Source: Alphaproteobacteria bacterium
GTDB taxonomy: Bacteria > Pseudomonadota > Alphaproteobacteria > Puniceispirillales > UBA1172
Direction of reading: 5' to 3'
Length of the DNA: 53,195 nt
Assembly (NCBI GenBank): GCA_024639485.1
Contig: JAHEII010000007.1
Location: 1-53,195 of the forward strand
Shown here: positions 1 to 8,975 of the stretch, in pieces
How positions within the stretch are numbered: position 1 is the first letter of the stretch
Layout: every line of letters begins with the position of its first letter
Notes under the pieces: model-generated
What the model was told of the DNA's origin: nothing
Databases searched by the model: none
The model's input: the letters and a program-made list of their open reading frames with translations, nothing else
Translations under genes and position numbers: made by a program

Positions 1-368
1 GATAAGCCCATCTCAAAGAACCTGCTAATGGGCTAAAGAACCAACAAACAAAATAAGAACAACAACTCGACCCTTTAGCTCTATTTTGAAAAAGGTGAAT
101 TTCCAACGCTACCCAGGCCCTTCTCAGCTCACCATGGGACCCAAATACCCTGCCTCGGTCAAAATGACTTTACACATTTTGCATAAGAAACTGCCAGCTA
201 ACCAAGGCCTAGTCTGGTCTTCACGCGATTACGCCAGTCACAACTGGGTCACAATGGCTTTGACAAATAGCTAGTTTATGAGAGAATCTTAATCATTAAC
301 TATGAGTTGATGATTGGTGATTAAATCTTAAATAACTGTTGAATTACAATATATTAGAAGGGGAAAAG

Positions 369-444
<76 letters not shown>

Positions 445-547
445 ATCTGGTGCGTGATAAATGCAAAACATTATCACCTGCATTTATGATCTAGCCGATC
501 TTATCCCATATGTCCAGCCAAAGACGCGTGGGAAATATCAATGCAGA

Positions 548-805
548 CTATTTTCTTTGAAAAGGCATAATTTCAGCCCCTTGTTGGCTATCGGTTGCCT
601 TGTCATCACCGCTGATATCGGCATTTTCTGTTTCCATAGCATCAATGATAGCATCCAGTTCTTCTTCGTCTGGTTCAGCATCAGTAGGAACAGCATATTT
701 GCCGGAAAACCAGTTCCCCAGATCGACCGACGCGCATCGTTCTGAACAAAACGGGCTATATGGTTGCACGGATAGCGTTCCACATGTCGGACATTTGACT
801 GGCAT
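548..805 (-). CDS. yacG: DNA gyrase inhibitor YacG (zinc-ribbon protein) with an acidic C-terminal extension
   Basis: The N-terminus MPVKCPTCG...PFCSERCASVDLGNWFSGKY shows the YacG CxxC...CxxxC zinc-finger pattern. It lies downstream of rng-maf-infA, as in many alphaproteobacteria. Confidence 0.8.
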   Translation of the reverse strand: MPVKCPTCGTLSVQPYSPFCSERCASVDLGNWFSGKYAVPTDAEPDEEELDAIIDAMETENADISGDDKATDSQQGAEIMPFQRK

Positions 806-850
806 GCTGGCTGGCTCCTCATATTAAATCGCATGTTTTTATTACAATGC

Positions 851-2197
851 TTACGGCTGAACATTAATCCACTCCGGCGGCAATGGCAATGGCAAGTCCG
901 CACATACCGCGTCATAGATTGCCCGCCCATCTCCATTCAACCAGTCTTGCATAGACTGGGTCAGATGCAATCGGGGCGGCAAACCGTTTTTATTGCCGCT
1001 ATCCTTATTCTGTCCTGATTGCCCTGATTGTCCTGATTGCCATAGTTGGCGCAATGCGGCGATAGCCGCGTGTTTTGCCGGGACTTTATGCCAATCCAGA
1101 ACATCAGATAGCGGCCGTCTTTGGTGCCGTCTATCCAGCGTGTATAGCCCGCCTTTTGTCCATCCATAACATATTGGGCGCAACGGATCATTGCCGCATT
1201 CATCTAGCATGGTCTGATGAATACGGTCTTTGCCAGCGTGATCCATACGCGGAAAATCCACCACAATCGCGCCAGCTATCCGGCGAAGCTGTATCTGTCT
1301 GGCCAGTGGTGTGATCATGGCAGAGGCTAGCGCATCAGGCGATAGCCGCGATGTTCCACTATCACCATCAATTACCGCTGCCCCCGGCGGGGTAGATATA
1401 TGCAGAATTCCGCCTTCGGGGATGGGCAGGCTTGGGCTTAACGCTATGTCTATTTGCTGATCTATATCGGCATCTGCCCATTGCCGGCCATCATGATCAA
1501 TGCAGATATGTTCCGACTGAACATGTTGTTCTGCTATTTGTGCAAGCGATAACGCCGGTGCCAGTATGCCCTGTGTGGTTATGATTTTTGATTCTGCCAC
1601 CACATGATCAAGTGCTTTCACATGCGCAAGAATATTAGCCATCACCATGTCAATAGGGTGATGCAGGGCTGGTTCACGCAAGGTAATCTGGCATTGATGC
1701 GCTAATGCCAATGCGCGCAATGTGTCTATCGCATCCATCAATTCGCTTGCCTGCTGATTGGCCAGCCCTGCTTTTAGCCGCTGTGACAGATGCAACTGGC
1801 CGGATGTATCTGGCACATGATGAATAATAGCAAAGCGGGTTTCCCGAATAATACCATGCCGCATCTGGGCGGGTTTCTGCTCACGCGGTTCCGCCTGAAC
1901 GGTAACCGGTATTAACGCGCCTGCGGTAAATGTGCCAGATTTTGATCCGCGCATATTAGCCACACGCATACTGGCCATACCCATCTGTCCTATATTTAGC
2001 TGAACACGGTTATGTTCCGGAAATATGCTGGTAATCCGTGCCATGAATATACTGCCATATGCTGGCATTTTATCACTTAAATCATTGATCCAGATATCCG
2101 TCAGCTGGCCATGTTTGATAAGCGCAAGCCTTTGATAGCCCGGCATGGGATCAAGAATAGCCGCAAACCCGGAAACATCACCACTGGCATCAGTCAT
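851..2197 (-). CDS. rng: Rne/Rng family ribonuclease (RNase G-like)
   Basis: 448 aa. It has an N-terminal S1-like segment (GSIFMARITSIFPEHNRVQLNIG). The start overlaps the maf stop by 4 nt (ATGA), matching the conserved maf-rng-yacG context. Confidence 0.7.
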   Translation of the reverse strand: MTDASGDVSGFAAILDPMPGYQRLALIKHGQLTDIWINDLSDKMPAYGSIFMARITSIFPEHNRVQLNIGQMGMASMRVANMRGSKSGTFTAGALIPVTVQAEPREQKPAQMRHGIIRETRFAIIHHVPDTSGQLHLSQRLKAGLANQQASELMDAIDTLRALALAHQCQITLREPALHHPIDMVMANILAHVKALDHVVAESKIITTQGILAPALSLAQIAEQHVQSEHICIDHDGRQWADADIDQQIDIALSPSLPIPEGGILHISTPPGAAVIDGDSGTSRLSPDALASAMITPLARQIQLRRIAGAIVVDFPRMDHAGKDRIHQTMLDECGNDPLRPICYGWTKGGLYTLDRRHQRRPLSDVLDWHKVPAKHAAIAALRQLWQSGQSGQSGQNKDSGNKNGLPPRLHLTQSMQDWLNGDGRAIYDAVCADLPLPLPPEWINVQP

Positions 2198-2793
2198 GAT
2201 ATCGGCAACAATCCGGCATGGCGAAGCATCCGGCCAGTTTCGGATAATGGCAAACCGACAATCCCCGAATATGATCCACTGATCCAGTCAACCCATATCG
2301 CGGCACTGCCCTGAATAGCATAACCGCCAGCCTTACCTTGCCATTCATCACCGCTTAGATACGTTGCGATCATGGCATTATCAAGCCGCATAAAGCGCAC
2401 CTTGCTATGCGATAGCCGGAATAAAACCTGACCATCCGGATATATCAGAACAACCGCTGTCATGACATCATGGCGGCGACCAGAAAGCTGTTCCAGATAG
2501 GTTTTCGCCATGGCTTCATCATCAGGCTTACCCAAGATACGTCTGCCCATCGCAACAACCGTATCCGCCGCCAGCACATGGGAATCCGGATAAAGCACGG
2601 CAACAGCCAGGGCTTTTTCGCGTGCTATGCGCTCAACATATAATCGGGGACGTTCTGTTTTCGCTGGCGTTTCATCAATATCAGCCGGATGAATAATATC
2701 AGCAGTAACGCCAATCTGATCAAGCAATTCTACCCGCCTTGGTGATGCCGAAGCTAGCACCAGATGGCGGGGCGTATCCTGACAGGCTGTCAT
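2194..2793 (-). CDS. maf: Maf-like nucleoside triphosphate pyrophosphatase
   Basis: 199 aa with the LVLASASPRRVELLDQIGV N-terminal motif and a GKAGGYAIQG motif typical of Maf/YhdE. Confidence 0.9.
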   Translation of the reverse strand: MTACQDTPRHLVLASASPRRVELLDQIGVTADIIHPADIDETPAKTERPRLYVERIAREKALAVAVLYPDSHVLAADTVVAMGRRILGKPDDEAMAKTYLEQLSGRRHDVMTAVVLIYPDGQVLFRLSHSKVRFMRLDNAMIATYLSGDEWQGKAGGYAIQGSAAIWVDWISGSYSGIVGLPLSETGRMLRHAGLLPIS

Positions 2794-2803
2794 GATGCCG
2801 GCG

Positions 2804-3022
2804 TTACTTGTAACGGAAAGTAATGCGGCCTTTGGTCAGATCATAAGGGGTCATTTCAACATTAACCCGATCACCTGCCAATACACGAATACGGTTTTTC
2901 CGCATCTTGCCGCTTGTATGCGCTAACACTTCGTGATCATTGTCCAGTTTTACCCTGAACATCGCATTTGGTAGCAATTCGCTTACTACGCCCGAAAATT
3001 CAATTAAGTCTTCTTTAGCCAT
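2804..3022 (-). CDS. infA: translation initiation factor IF-1
   Basis: [72 protein letters not shown] is a canonical 72-aa IF-1. The ORF track extends to 3085, but the internal ATG at 3022 gives the conserved length. Confidence 0.93.
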   Translation of the reverse strand: MAKEDLIEFSGVVSELLPNAMFRVKLDNDHEVLAHTSGKMRKNRIRVLAGDRVNVEMTPYDLTKGRITFRYK

Positions 3023-3090
3023 CCATAAAATCCAGTTTGATAAAGAGTGGTGTTCATCTATTGCTAATGCGCTGTCCATGGTCAAGCATA

Positions 3091-3555
3091 TTATGCATTT
3101 AGACCCTCAAAACGGTCATTCAGCATGGTTTTTATATCATCACGCACATTCCGATAGGCATTTAGACGCGCTTCGCGGCCTTCTGCAATCAGCTCCATGT
3201 CATAGACAGGCCAGTATTCAATCGCGGCATTAGCCAGCATCGGCATCCGGCTTGCTTCCTCATAGCTGGATTCTGAAAAACAGATTACCAGATCAAACGG
3301 CAATAATTCCAGATCAGCAAAGCTTTTGGGTTCATGGTCCATCAGATCAAGTCCGACTTCCTGCATCACCGCAATGGTAAAGCCATCACCAATATCGCCG
3401 CCATCATCCATCCCGCAACTATCAACCATACCAATATGATGCGCATATGTTGATTTCATCATAGCCTCAGCCATAGGCGAGCGGATTTTATTATGCGTGC
3501 AGGCAAACAGTATATTCAGTGGCTTTTTATCCGTAGTCGGACTTTTATCAGTCAT
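3091..3555 (-). CDS. low-molecular-weight phosphotyrosine phosphatase / ArsC-like family protein
   Basis: [21 protein letters not shown] matches the CX5R(S/T) P-loop of the LMW-PTP fold. Confidence 0.7.
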   Translation of the reverse strand: MTDKSPTTDKKPLNILFACTHNKIRSPMAEAMMKSTYAHHIGMVDSCGMDDGGDIGDGFTIAVMQEVGLDLMDHEPKSFADLELLPFDLVICFSESSYEEASRMPMLANAAIEYWPVYDMELIAEGREARLNAYRNVRDDIKTMLNDRFEGLNA

Positions 3556-3574
3556 GGGTCAATTTCCTTCCGGT

Positions 3575-4054
3575 TCATGCCCCTTGTTTTAAAACAAACA
3601 CAAGACTGAAAAGCCGTCTTGCCGTGCCTTTATCCATTTCAATTTTTCCATCCAGACGCGTTTGCAGGATTTCTGATCCTTCGTCATGTAAAGCGCGGCG
3701 CCCCATATCAATGGCCTGAATCTGTGATGGGGTCTTGGTGCGAATAGCTTCGTAATAGCTCTCACAGATCATATTATAATCACGCATTACCCGTCGTAAC
3801 GGCCCCATCGCCAGCATAAAATTGGCTAACAGCTGACTGGCATTATCCTTGACCTCAAAATGAATATGTCTGGCATCTATCCGCAAGGTAAGAATATAAG
3901 GGCCAGCAGCCGATAATAACTTGAAAAAATTTTCTTCGATCAAATCAAAAATAGCAATGGAACGCTCATGTTCGGATTCGGCGCTAAGACGCGGCTGATC
4001 TTTTTGATCAAGATGTATTTCAATAATACGGGATTGTTCAGATGCAGCGGTCAT
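3575..4054 (-). CDS. UPF0262 family protein
   Basis: The segments EHERSIAIFDLIEEN and ICESYYEAIRT..PSQIQAIDMGRRALHDEGSE match my recollection of the alphaproteobacterial UPF0262 family, which is usually adjacent to hisD. Confidence 0.8.
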   Translation of the reverse strand: MTAASEQSRIIEIHLDQKDQPRLSAESEHERSIAIFDLIEENFFKLLSAAGPYILTLRIDARHIHFEVKDNASQLLANFMLAMGPLRRVMRDYNMICESYYEAIRTKTPSQIQAIDMGRRALHDEGSEILQTRLDGKIEMDKGTARRLFSLVFVLKQGA

Positions 4055-4059
4055 GGCTA

Positions 4060-5355
4060 TCAGACATTCAATCGCCGGGATACCGATAGCGCATGCGCAT
4101 CCAGCCCTTCGGCAGTAGCCAGACGAACCGCCGCTGAACCGATTTCCCGCAAGGCATCACTATCACATGACACTGTTGTTGTTCTTTTCATAAAGTCCAG
4201 CACGCCAAGCCCGGATGAAAAACGGGCTGTTCGCGATGTTGGCAAAACATGATTGGGCCCGGCCACATAATCCCCTATCGCTTCCGGCGTGTAAGCACCA
4301 ATGAAAATAGCACCAGCATGTTTTATCTGCTGGCTGATCGCATCAGCATCTGGCAAGGCGATTTCCAGATGTTCCGGTGCTAGCCGGTTAGTAATGGCGA
4401 CGCCTTCTGCCCAATCGGAAACCGTAATGATAGCACCATGATCCCGCCATGACGCACCAGCGATTTCTGCGCGTGGTAAAGTCGTTAGAACATGATCCAC
4501 CGCATCAGACACCGCATCGGCAAAATCCTGATCATCAGTAACCAGAATGGATTGTGCCAGCTCATCATGTTCAGCCTGTGCCATTAAATCTATGGCAATC
4601 CAGTCCGGATTATTCTGGGCATCGGCCATGATCAGAACTTCGGATGGGCCAGCGATAGAATCAATGCCGACCTGACCGAATACCTGCCGCTTGGCTGTTG
4701 CAACCCATGCGTTGCCGGGACCTGTAATTTTATCAACTGGCCGGATGCTATCCGTGCCATAGGCCAGCGCCGCCACCGCTTGTGCGCCACCAATTGCCCA
4801 TACTTCATCAATGCCAGCCCGCCATGCCGCCGCCAGAACCAGATCATTAGCCACCCCATGCGGCATGGGCGTTACCATCACCAGACGATCAACCCCAGCA
4901 ACTCGGGCGGGAAGCGCATTCATCAGAACAGATGACGGATAGGCCGCTTTACCGCCGGGAACATATAACCCTGCCGCATCAACCGGATGATGCCGCATAC
5001 CCAGCCGGACACCTGCCTGATCTGTCCATTCTTCGGCAGATGGCCGTTGTTTTTCATGATAAGCAGTAATCCGGTCAGCAGCCAGATCAAGCGCTTGCCG
5101 CATATCCGGATCAAGCTGTTCATAGGCTTGTTTAAGCTGGCCAGATGGCACCGATAGCTTTGCCATATCGCTAGCGGCAAAATGATCAAATTGTTCGGTA
5201 TAACGAAGCAGAGCGGCATCACCTTCTTTGCGGATAGTGGCAATGATTTGCGCCACATCTGCGCCAACATCGGACACAACCGCGCGCGAGCCGGTAATAA
5301 AATGATCAAGCGTTGCCACACGATCCGGATGATTAACGGGAATTCTGAGTGTCAT
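4060..5355 (-). CDS. hisD: histidinol dehydrogenase
   Basis: 431 aa with QAEHD and APEHLE motifs and the GDYVAGPNHVLPT zinc/substrate motif. It follows hisG. Confidence 0.93.
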   Translation of the reverse strand: MTLRIPVNHPDRVATLDHFITGSRAVVSDVGADVAQIIATIRKEGDAALLRYTEQFDHFAASDMAKLSVPSGQLKQAYEQLDPDMRQALDLAADRITAYHEKQRPSAEEWTDQAGVRLGMRHHPVDAAGLYVPGGKAAYPSSVLMNALPARVAGVDRLVMVTPMPHGVANDLVLAAAWRAGIDEVWAIGGAQAVAALAYGTDSIRPVDKITGPGNAWVATAKRQVFGQVGIDSIAGPSEVLIMADAQNNPDWIAIDLMAQAEHDELAQSILVTDDQDFADAVSDAVDHVLTTLPRAEIAGASWRDHGAIITVSDWAEGVAITNRLAPEHLEIALPDADAISQQIKHAGAIFIGAYTPEAIGDYVAGPNHVLPTSRTARFSSGLGVLDFMKRTTTVSCDSDALREIGSAAVRLATAEGLDAHALSVSRRLNV

Positions 5356-6049
5356 CTATTGCCTCACGAAAGCGTTTGATCCAATTGCTGATAGCTTCAG
5401 GTCTGGTTTTCCATGCTACCCGATTTACAACGAGCTTGCTGGTAACTTTTGCAATTTCTTCAACTTCGACCAGTCCGTTTGCTTCCAGTGTTGATCCTGT
5501 TTCTACCAGATCAACAATCCGGCGGCATAACCCTAATCCGGGGGCAAGTTCCATCGCACCGTTTAGCTTGATACATTCTGCCTGCACGCCTCTTGCGGCA
5601 AAATACTGGCTGGTCAGGCGTGGATATTTTGTTGCCACACGAACATGGCTCCAGCTTCTGGGGTCTTCTTCGGTTAATGTTTCCGCCCGGGTTGCCACCA
5701 CCATCCGGCAATGCCCCGTGTTCAGATCAACCGGCGCGTAAATATCCGGATGGTCAAATTCCATCAACACGTCAGAACCGGCAACACCCATCTGCGCCGC
5801 CCCATATGCAAGGAATGTCGCCACATCAAAACTGCGGACACGGATAATATCCACCATCGGATCATTGGTGGTAAAACGCAACCGGCGATCTTTTTCATTA
5901 AAAAACCCATCTTCGGGGATCAGTCCGGCATGTTCCATAATTGGCCGGATAGCATGCAGTATCCGGCCTTTTGGCAAAGCCAGTATCAGCTTATCCTGTT
6001 TATCGGCGTTAACCGCCGTATCCAGCCATCCCTGCCCAAGGCTTGTCAT
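5333..6049 (-). CDS. hisG: ATP phosphoribosyltransferase
   Basis: 238 aa. It contains LILALPKGRI and the C-terminal DLVETGSTLEANGL motif characteristic of HisG. It overlaps the hisD start by 23 nt. Confidence 0.88.
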   Translation of the reverse strand: MTSLGQGWLDTAVNADKQDKLILALPKGRILHAIRPIMEHAGLIPEDGFFNEKDRRLRFTTNDPMVDIIRVRSFDVATFLAYGAAQMGVAGSDVLMEFDHPDIYAPVDLNTGHCRMVVATRAETLTEEDPRSWSHVRVATKYPRLTSQYFAARGVQAECIKLNGAMELAPGLGLCRRIVDLVETGSTLEANGLVEVEEIAKVTSKLVVNRVAWKTRPEAISNWIKRFREAIDDTQNSR

Positions 6050-6064
6050 CAGATTGTACTTTCC

Positions 6065-6472
6065 TCAATCGCTGTTATGCGAAGGCTGGAAACCTGTTGC
6101 CCATCCTTCATCCAGATCAGCGGCAAACACCCTGATCTGATCGGTTTCCAGTGATAGCATAGCATCACCGGAAAATGTTATATCAATCGACATACCGGAA
6201 AATGTCACACTGAGCAAGGATAGCACGTCTTCTTTTCGCCCCAGATCAATGCCCTGCCGCCGTGCCCGTTTCACACCGTCTATATTTATGCCCATCAAAC
6301 GGCGGCGTTTTTGATTATCGTCGGTGGTGAATCTGGCCGCAACCAGCATGAATTGTTCTGCCGCCGCATCATATCCCATATCACCAATCAGAACGGTGGC
6401 ATCCTGCAATAGCGCGGATATGACCGTCAAATCTGCCAGATCATATGCCGCCAGTTTTTGTCTGTCTGTCAT
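6065..6472 (-). CDS. DUF2948 family protein
   Basis: 135 aa. The N-terminal pattern DLADLTVISALLQDATVLIGDM matches this alphaproteobacterial family, which is commonly found between murA and hisG. Confidence 0.7.
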   Translation of the reverse strand: MTDRQKLAAYDLADLTVISALLQDATVLIGDMGYDAAAEQFMLVAARFTTDDNQKRRRLMGINIDGVKRARRQGIDLGRKEDVLSLLSVTFSGMSIDITFSGDAMLSLETDQIRVFAADLDEGWATGFQPSHNSD

Positions 6473-6518
6473 GGCATGATATCCTTATTTTCATTCATTC
6501 TATTATGATTCTACCAGA

Positions 6519-7775
6519 TTATTCCCTGACGCGGGTGATGTTCGCGCCGCAAGCATTCAGTTTTTCTTCTAGCCGATAATAACCGCGATCAAGATGATAG
6601 ATGCGCTGCACTGTTGTTGTCCCGCTAGCCACCAGACCACCCAGCACCAAAGATACCGAAGCCCGCAAATCGGTTGCCATCACCGGTGCACCGATTAATC
6701 CATCCACGCCTTGAATAGTGGCAGAGCCGCCAGATACGGAAATATTAGCACCCATGCGCATCAATTCAGGAACATGCATGAACCGGTTCTCAAAAATCGT
6801 TTCGTCAACATGCGATACCCCATCCGCCATAACCATCAGCGCCATAAATTGCGCCTGCAAGTCTGTTGGAAAATCCGGATAAGGCGCGGTAGTCACATCC
6901 ACCGGTTTAGGCCGGCCATGTCCGGCAACAATCATATGATCATCACCGGCGGTAACAGATGCTCCTGACTGGATCAAAAGCGTGGTTAATGCAGACAGAT
7001 GTTCTGGCCGCGCATGTTGCAATGTGACTTCACCGCCTGTTAGCGCGGCGGCAATCGCAAATGTTCCAGCCTCAATTCTATCCGGAACAACTCTATGGTC
7101 TGTGCCGCCAAGACGGTCAACACCATCAATAATAATGGTATCCGTGCCATGACCGGTGATATGCGCGCCCATCGCGATCAGGCATTCTGCCAGATCAGTA
7201 ATTTCAGGCTCTTTCGCGGCATGTTCCAGAATAGTCTGGCCTTTTGCCAGTACGGCCGCCATCAGCGCATTTTCTGTTGCCCCCACGCTAACCATGGGAA
7301 AAGTGATGCGATTGCCGATCAACCCCTGTTTGGCTTCGGCCAGAACATATCCGTCTTCTAATGTGATTGTCGCGCCCAGTTTTTCCATCACCATAATATG
7401 CAGATCAACCGGACGTGTGCCGATAGCACATCCCCCCGGAAGCGATACTCTGGCCGCGCCCATCCGTGCCAGCAACGGCCCTAGCACCAAAATGGATGCG
7501 CGCATTTTGCGGACGATATCATATGACGCTTCTATCCCTATCTGGCCGTTTATCTGCATATGCAAAGCATCATCCTGCATTGTGCTTTCCACATTCAGAC
7601 TAGCCAGCAATTCGCGCATGGATTGCGTATCAGCCAGATCAGGCCAGCCATCCAGTATCAATTTGTCATCTGTTAGCAAGGCCAGACACATCAACGGTAA
7701 AGCCGCATTTTTAGCACCACTGATCGGGATCACGCCATTAAGCTGGCCACCGCCAACAATGTTCAATTTATCCAT
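6519..7775 (-). CDS. murA: UDP-N-acetylglucosamine 1-carboxyvinyltransferase
   Basis: 418 aa. It shows [11 protein letters not shown]...[10 protein letters not shown], an active-site loop [15 protein letters not shown], and the C-terminal [13 protein letters not shown]. Confidence 0.95.
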   Translation of the reverse strand: MDKLNIVGGGQLNGVIPISGAKNAALPLMCLALLTDDKLILDGWPDLADTQSMRELLASLNVESTMQDDALHMQINGQIGIEASYDIVRKMRASILVLGPLLARMGAARVSLPGGCAIGTRPVDLHIMVMEKLGATITLEDGYVLAEAKQGLIGNRITFPMVSVGATENALMAAVLAKGQTILEHAAKEPEITDLAECLIAMGAHITGHGTDTIIIDGVDRLGGTDHRVVPDRIEAGTFAIAAALTGGEVTLQHARPEHLSALTTLLIQSGASVTAGDDHMIVAGHGRPKPVDVTTAPYPDFPTDLQAQFMALMVMADGVSHVDETIFENRFMHVPELMRMGANISVSGGSATIQGVDGLIGAPVMATDLRASVSLVLGGLVASGTTTVQRIYHLDRGYYRLEEKLNACGANITRVRE

Positions 7776-7941
7776 GATCTGGCTCTCCTTTGCCGGCAGG
7801 CGGTGAGATCGGGTTATTTGTGCGGCCGCGTTTCTGGGATTTACGTTTCAGCAGATTTTCACGCAACGCCTGTGCCAGTCTGTCTGTTTTATCAGATGCC
7901 GGTTGTTCCGTGTTCTGTTTTTTCGATTTGGGTTTATTCAT
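7768..7941 (-). CDS. small basic hypothetical protein, about 57 aa
   Basis: The ORF has an internal ATG (MNKPKSKKQN...LRENLLKRKSQKRGR). Its stop overlaps the murA start by 8 nt, which suggests coupling. The protein is lysine/arginine rich. I could not name a family with confidence. Confidence 0.4.
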   Translation of the reverse strand: MNKPKSKKQNTEQPASDKTDRLAQALRENLLKRKSQKRGRTNNPISPPAGKGEPDHG

Positions 7942-8192
7942 GAATATTATCTCAAACCGGTTTCCTGCATGATCATATAACAACTGACAGCGATAAGGGA
8001 TATTATCCGTGATACTGTGATGTCATTCTAGAATAACTTTTACCATGAAAAACAGGCAGGAAAATGGCTAATTATCACTTTTTTGTGATTTGCCATTTTC
8101 ATACACATATTAGCATAAAGTAAAAAGCTACGTTGTATGGTGAATTGAATTTGCAATAACCGCTTTATAATGCCCTCAGCATAACGCTATTA

Positions 8193-8975
8193 GTGAAGGA
8201 TAAGCATTTGGTTAATCAGGCTCAGAACAATAGCCCCGATATTGATATTCCGGATACACCAAAGACATGGAAACGGTTTGTTCCGCTGTTTGTGCTAGTG
8301 GCTGGGCTAGGTCTGATTTTATCTGTGATGCAGATTTACGATATTGATATATGGGATAGCATGGCGGCGCAATACGGCACGTTAAGCCAGTGGATCATGC
8401 AACATGTTCTGGTCATGATCATTGGGTTTATTACCATTTACACGCTTGCGGTTGCATTTTCGGTTCCGGGGGCGGTTTTTCTAACGCTAATGGGTGGTGC
8501 ATTATTTGGCTGGATAGCGGTGATTATGGTGGTTTTCTCGGCCAGCCTTGGCGCTTTGATGGTGTTTTTAGCCGCGCGCGGGGCTTTGGCCACCTTTTTT
8601 CAGGTATCGGGTTCACGCTTTATCAACCGGCTAAAACATGGTTTTGACCGGTCGCCTTTTTACTGGCTTCTGGCTTTACGCATGATGCCCATAGCGCCAT
8701 TCTGGGTGGTAAATATTATTCCGGCTATGCTGGGGATGCGTGTTATGCCCTATATGCTGGCTACGGTTATCGGTATCATCCCCGGAAGCGCGGTATATGT
8801 TTATGTCGGGATCGGGTTTGGTGATTTCATCGCAGCCGGTGAGACGCCTAATCTGGCGGTGCTATCAGAACCACGTTATATTGGCCCCTTGCTGGCATTA
8901 TCGGCATTAGCGCTGATCCCGCCAATTTTGAAAACCATCCGGTCAAAACAGGCCGGTCATAAGGATCAATCATGA
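8193..8975 (+). CDS. TVP38/TMEM64 (DedA-related, SNARE-associated) family membrane protein
   Basis: 260 aa with multiple predicted TM helices and a family-like core (FSVPGAVFLTLMGGALFG). The GTG start is uncertain. The stop overlaps the next gene by 4 nt. Confidence 0.7.
   Translation: MKDKHLVNQAQNNSPDIDIPDTPKTWKRFVPLFVLVAGLGLILSVMQIYDIDIWDSMAAQYGTLSQWIMQHVLVMIIGFITIYTLAVAFSVPGAVFLTLMGGALFGWIAVIMVVFSASLGALMVFLAARGALATFFQVSGSRFINRLKHGFDRSPFYWLLALRMMPIAPFWVVNIIPAMLGMRVMPYMLATVIGIIPGSAVYVYVGIGFGDFIAAGETPNLAVLSEPRYIGPLLALSALALIPPILKTIRSKQAGHKDQS

Noticed and set aside
86-274. 62-aa ORF next to tRNA-Phe
   Set aside because: It has no RBS, no recognisable motif and a composition typical of non-coding sequence. 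It is too weak to call as a gene.
1-300. Possible RNase P RNA or tmRNA on the minus strand, prompted by the ...gggcttatc end resembling the RNase P 3' CGGCUUAUC
   Set aside because: The conserved core elements are absent on both strands. There is no GAGGAAAGUCCGGGC-like P4 strand, no tRNA-like T-arm/CCA end, and no plausible tag ORF ending in AA.
461-936. Alternative ORFs (94 aa, 132 aa, 75 aa) overlapping yacG
   Set aside because: Only the 548-805 minus frame carries the YacG zinc-ribbon motif. The others are overlapping frames with no features.
3023-3085. 21-codon N-terminal extension of infA in the ORF track
   Set aside because: The internal ATG gives the canonical 72-aa IF-1 starting MAKEDLIEF. 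The extension has no homology logic.
7156-7806. 216-aa ORF antisense to murA
   Set aside because: It is a shadow ORF fully inside a confidently identified gene. Its Ser/Ala/Pro/Arg-rich sequence is typical of antisense frames.
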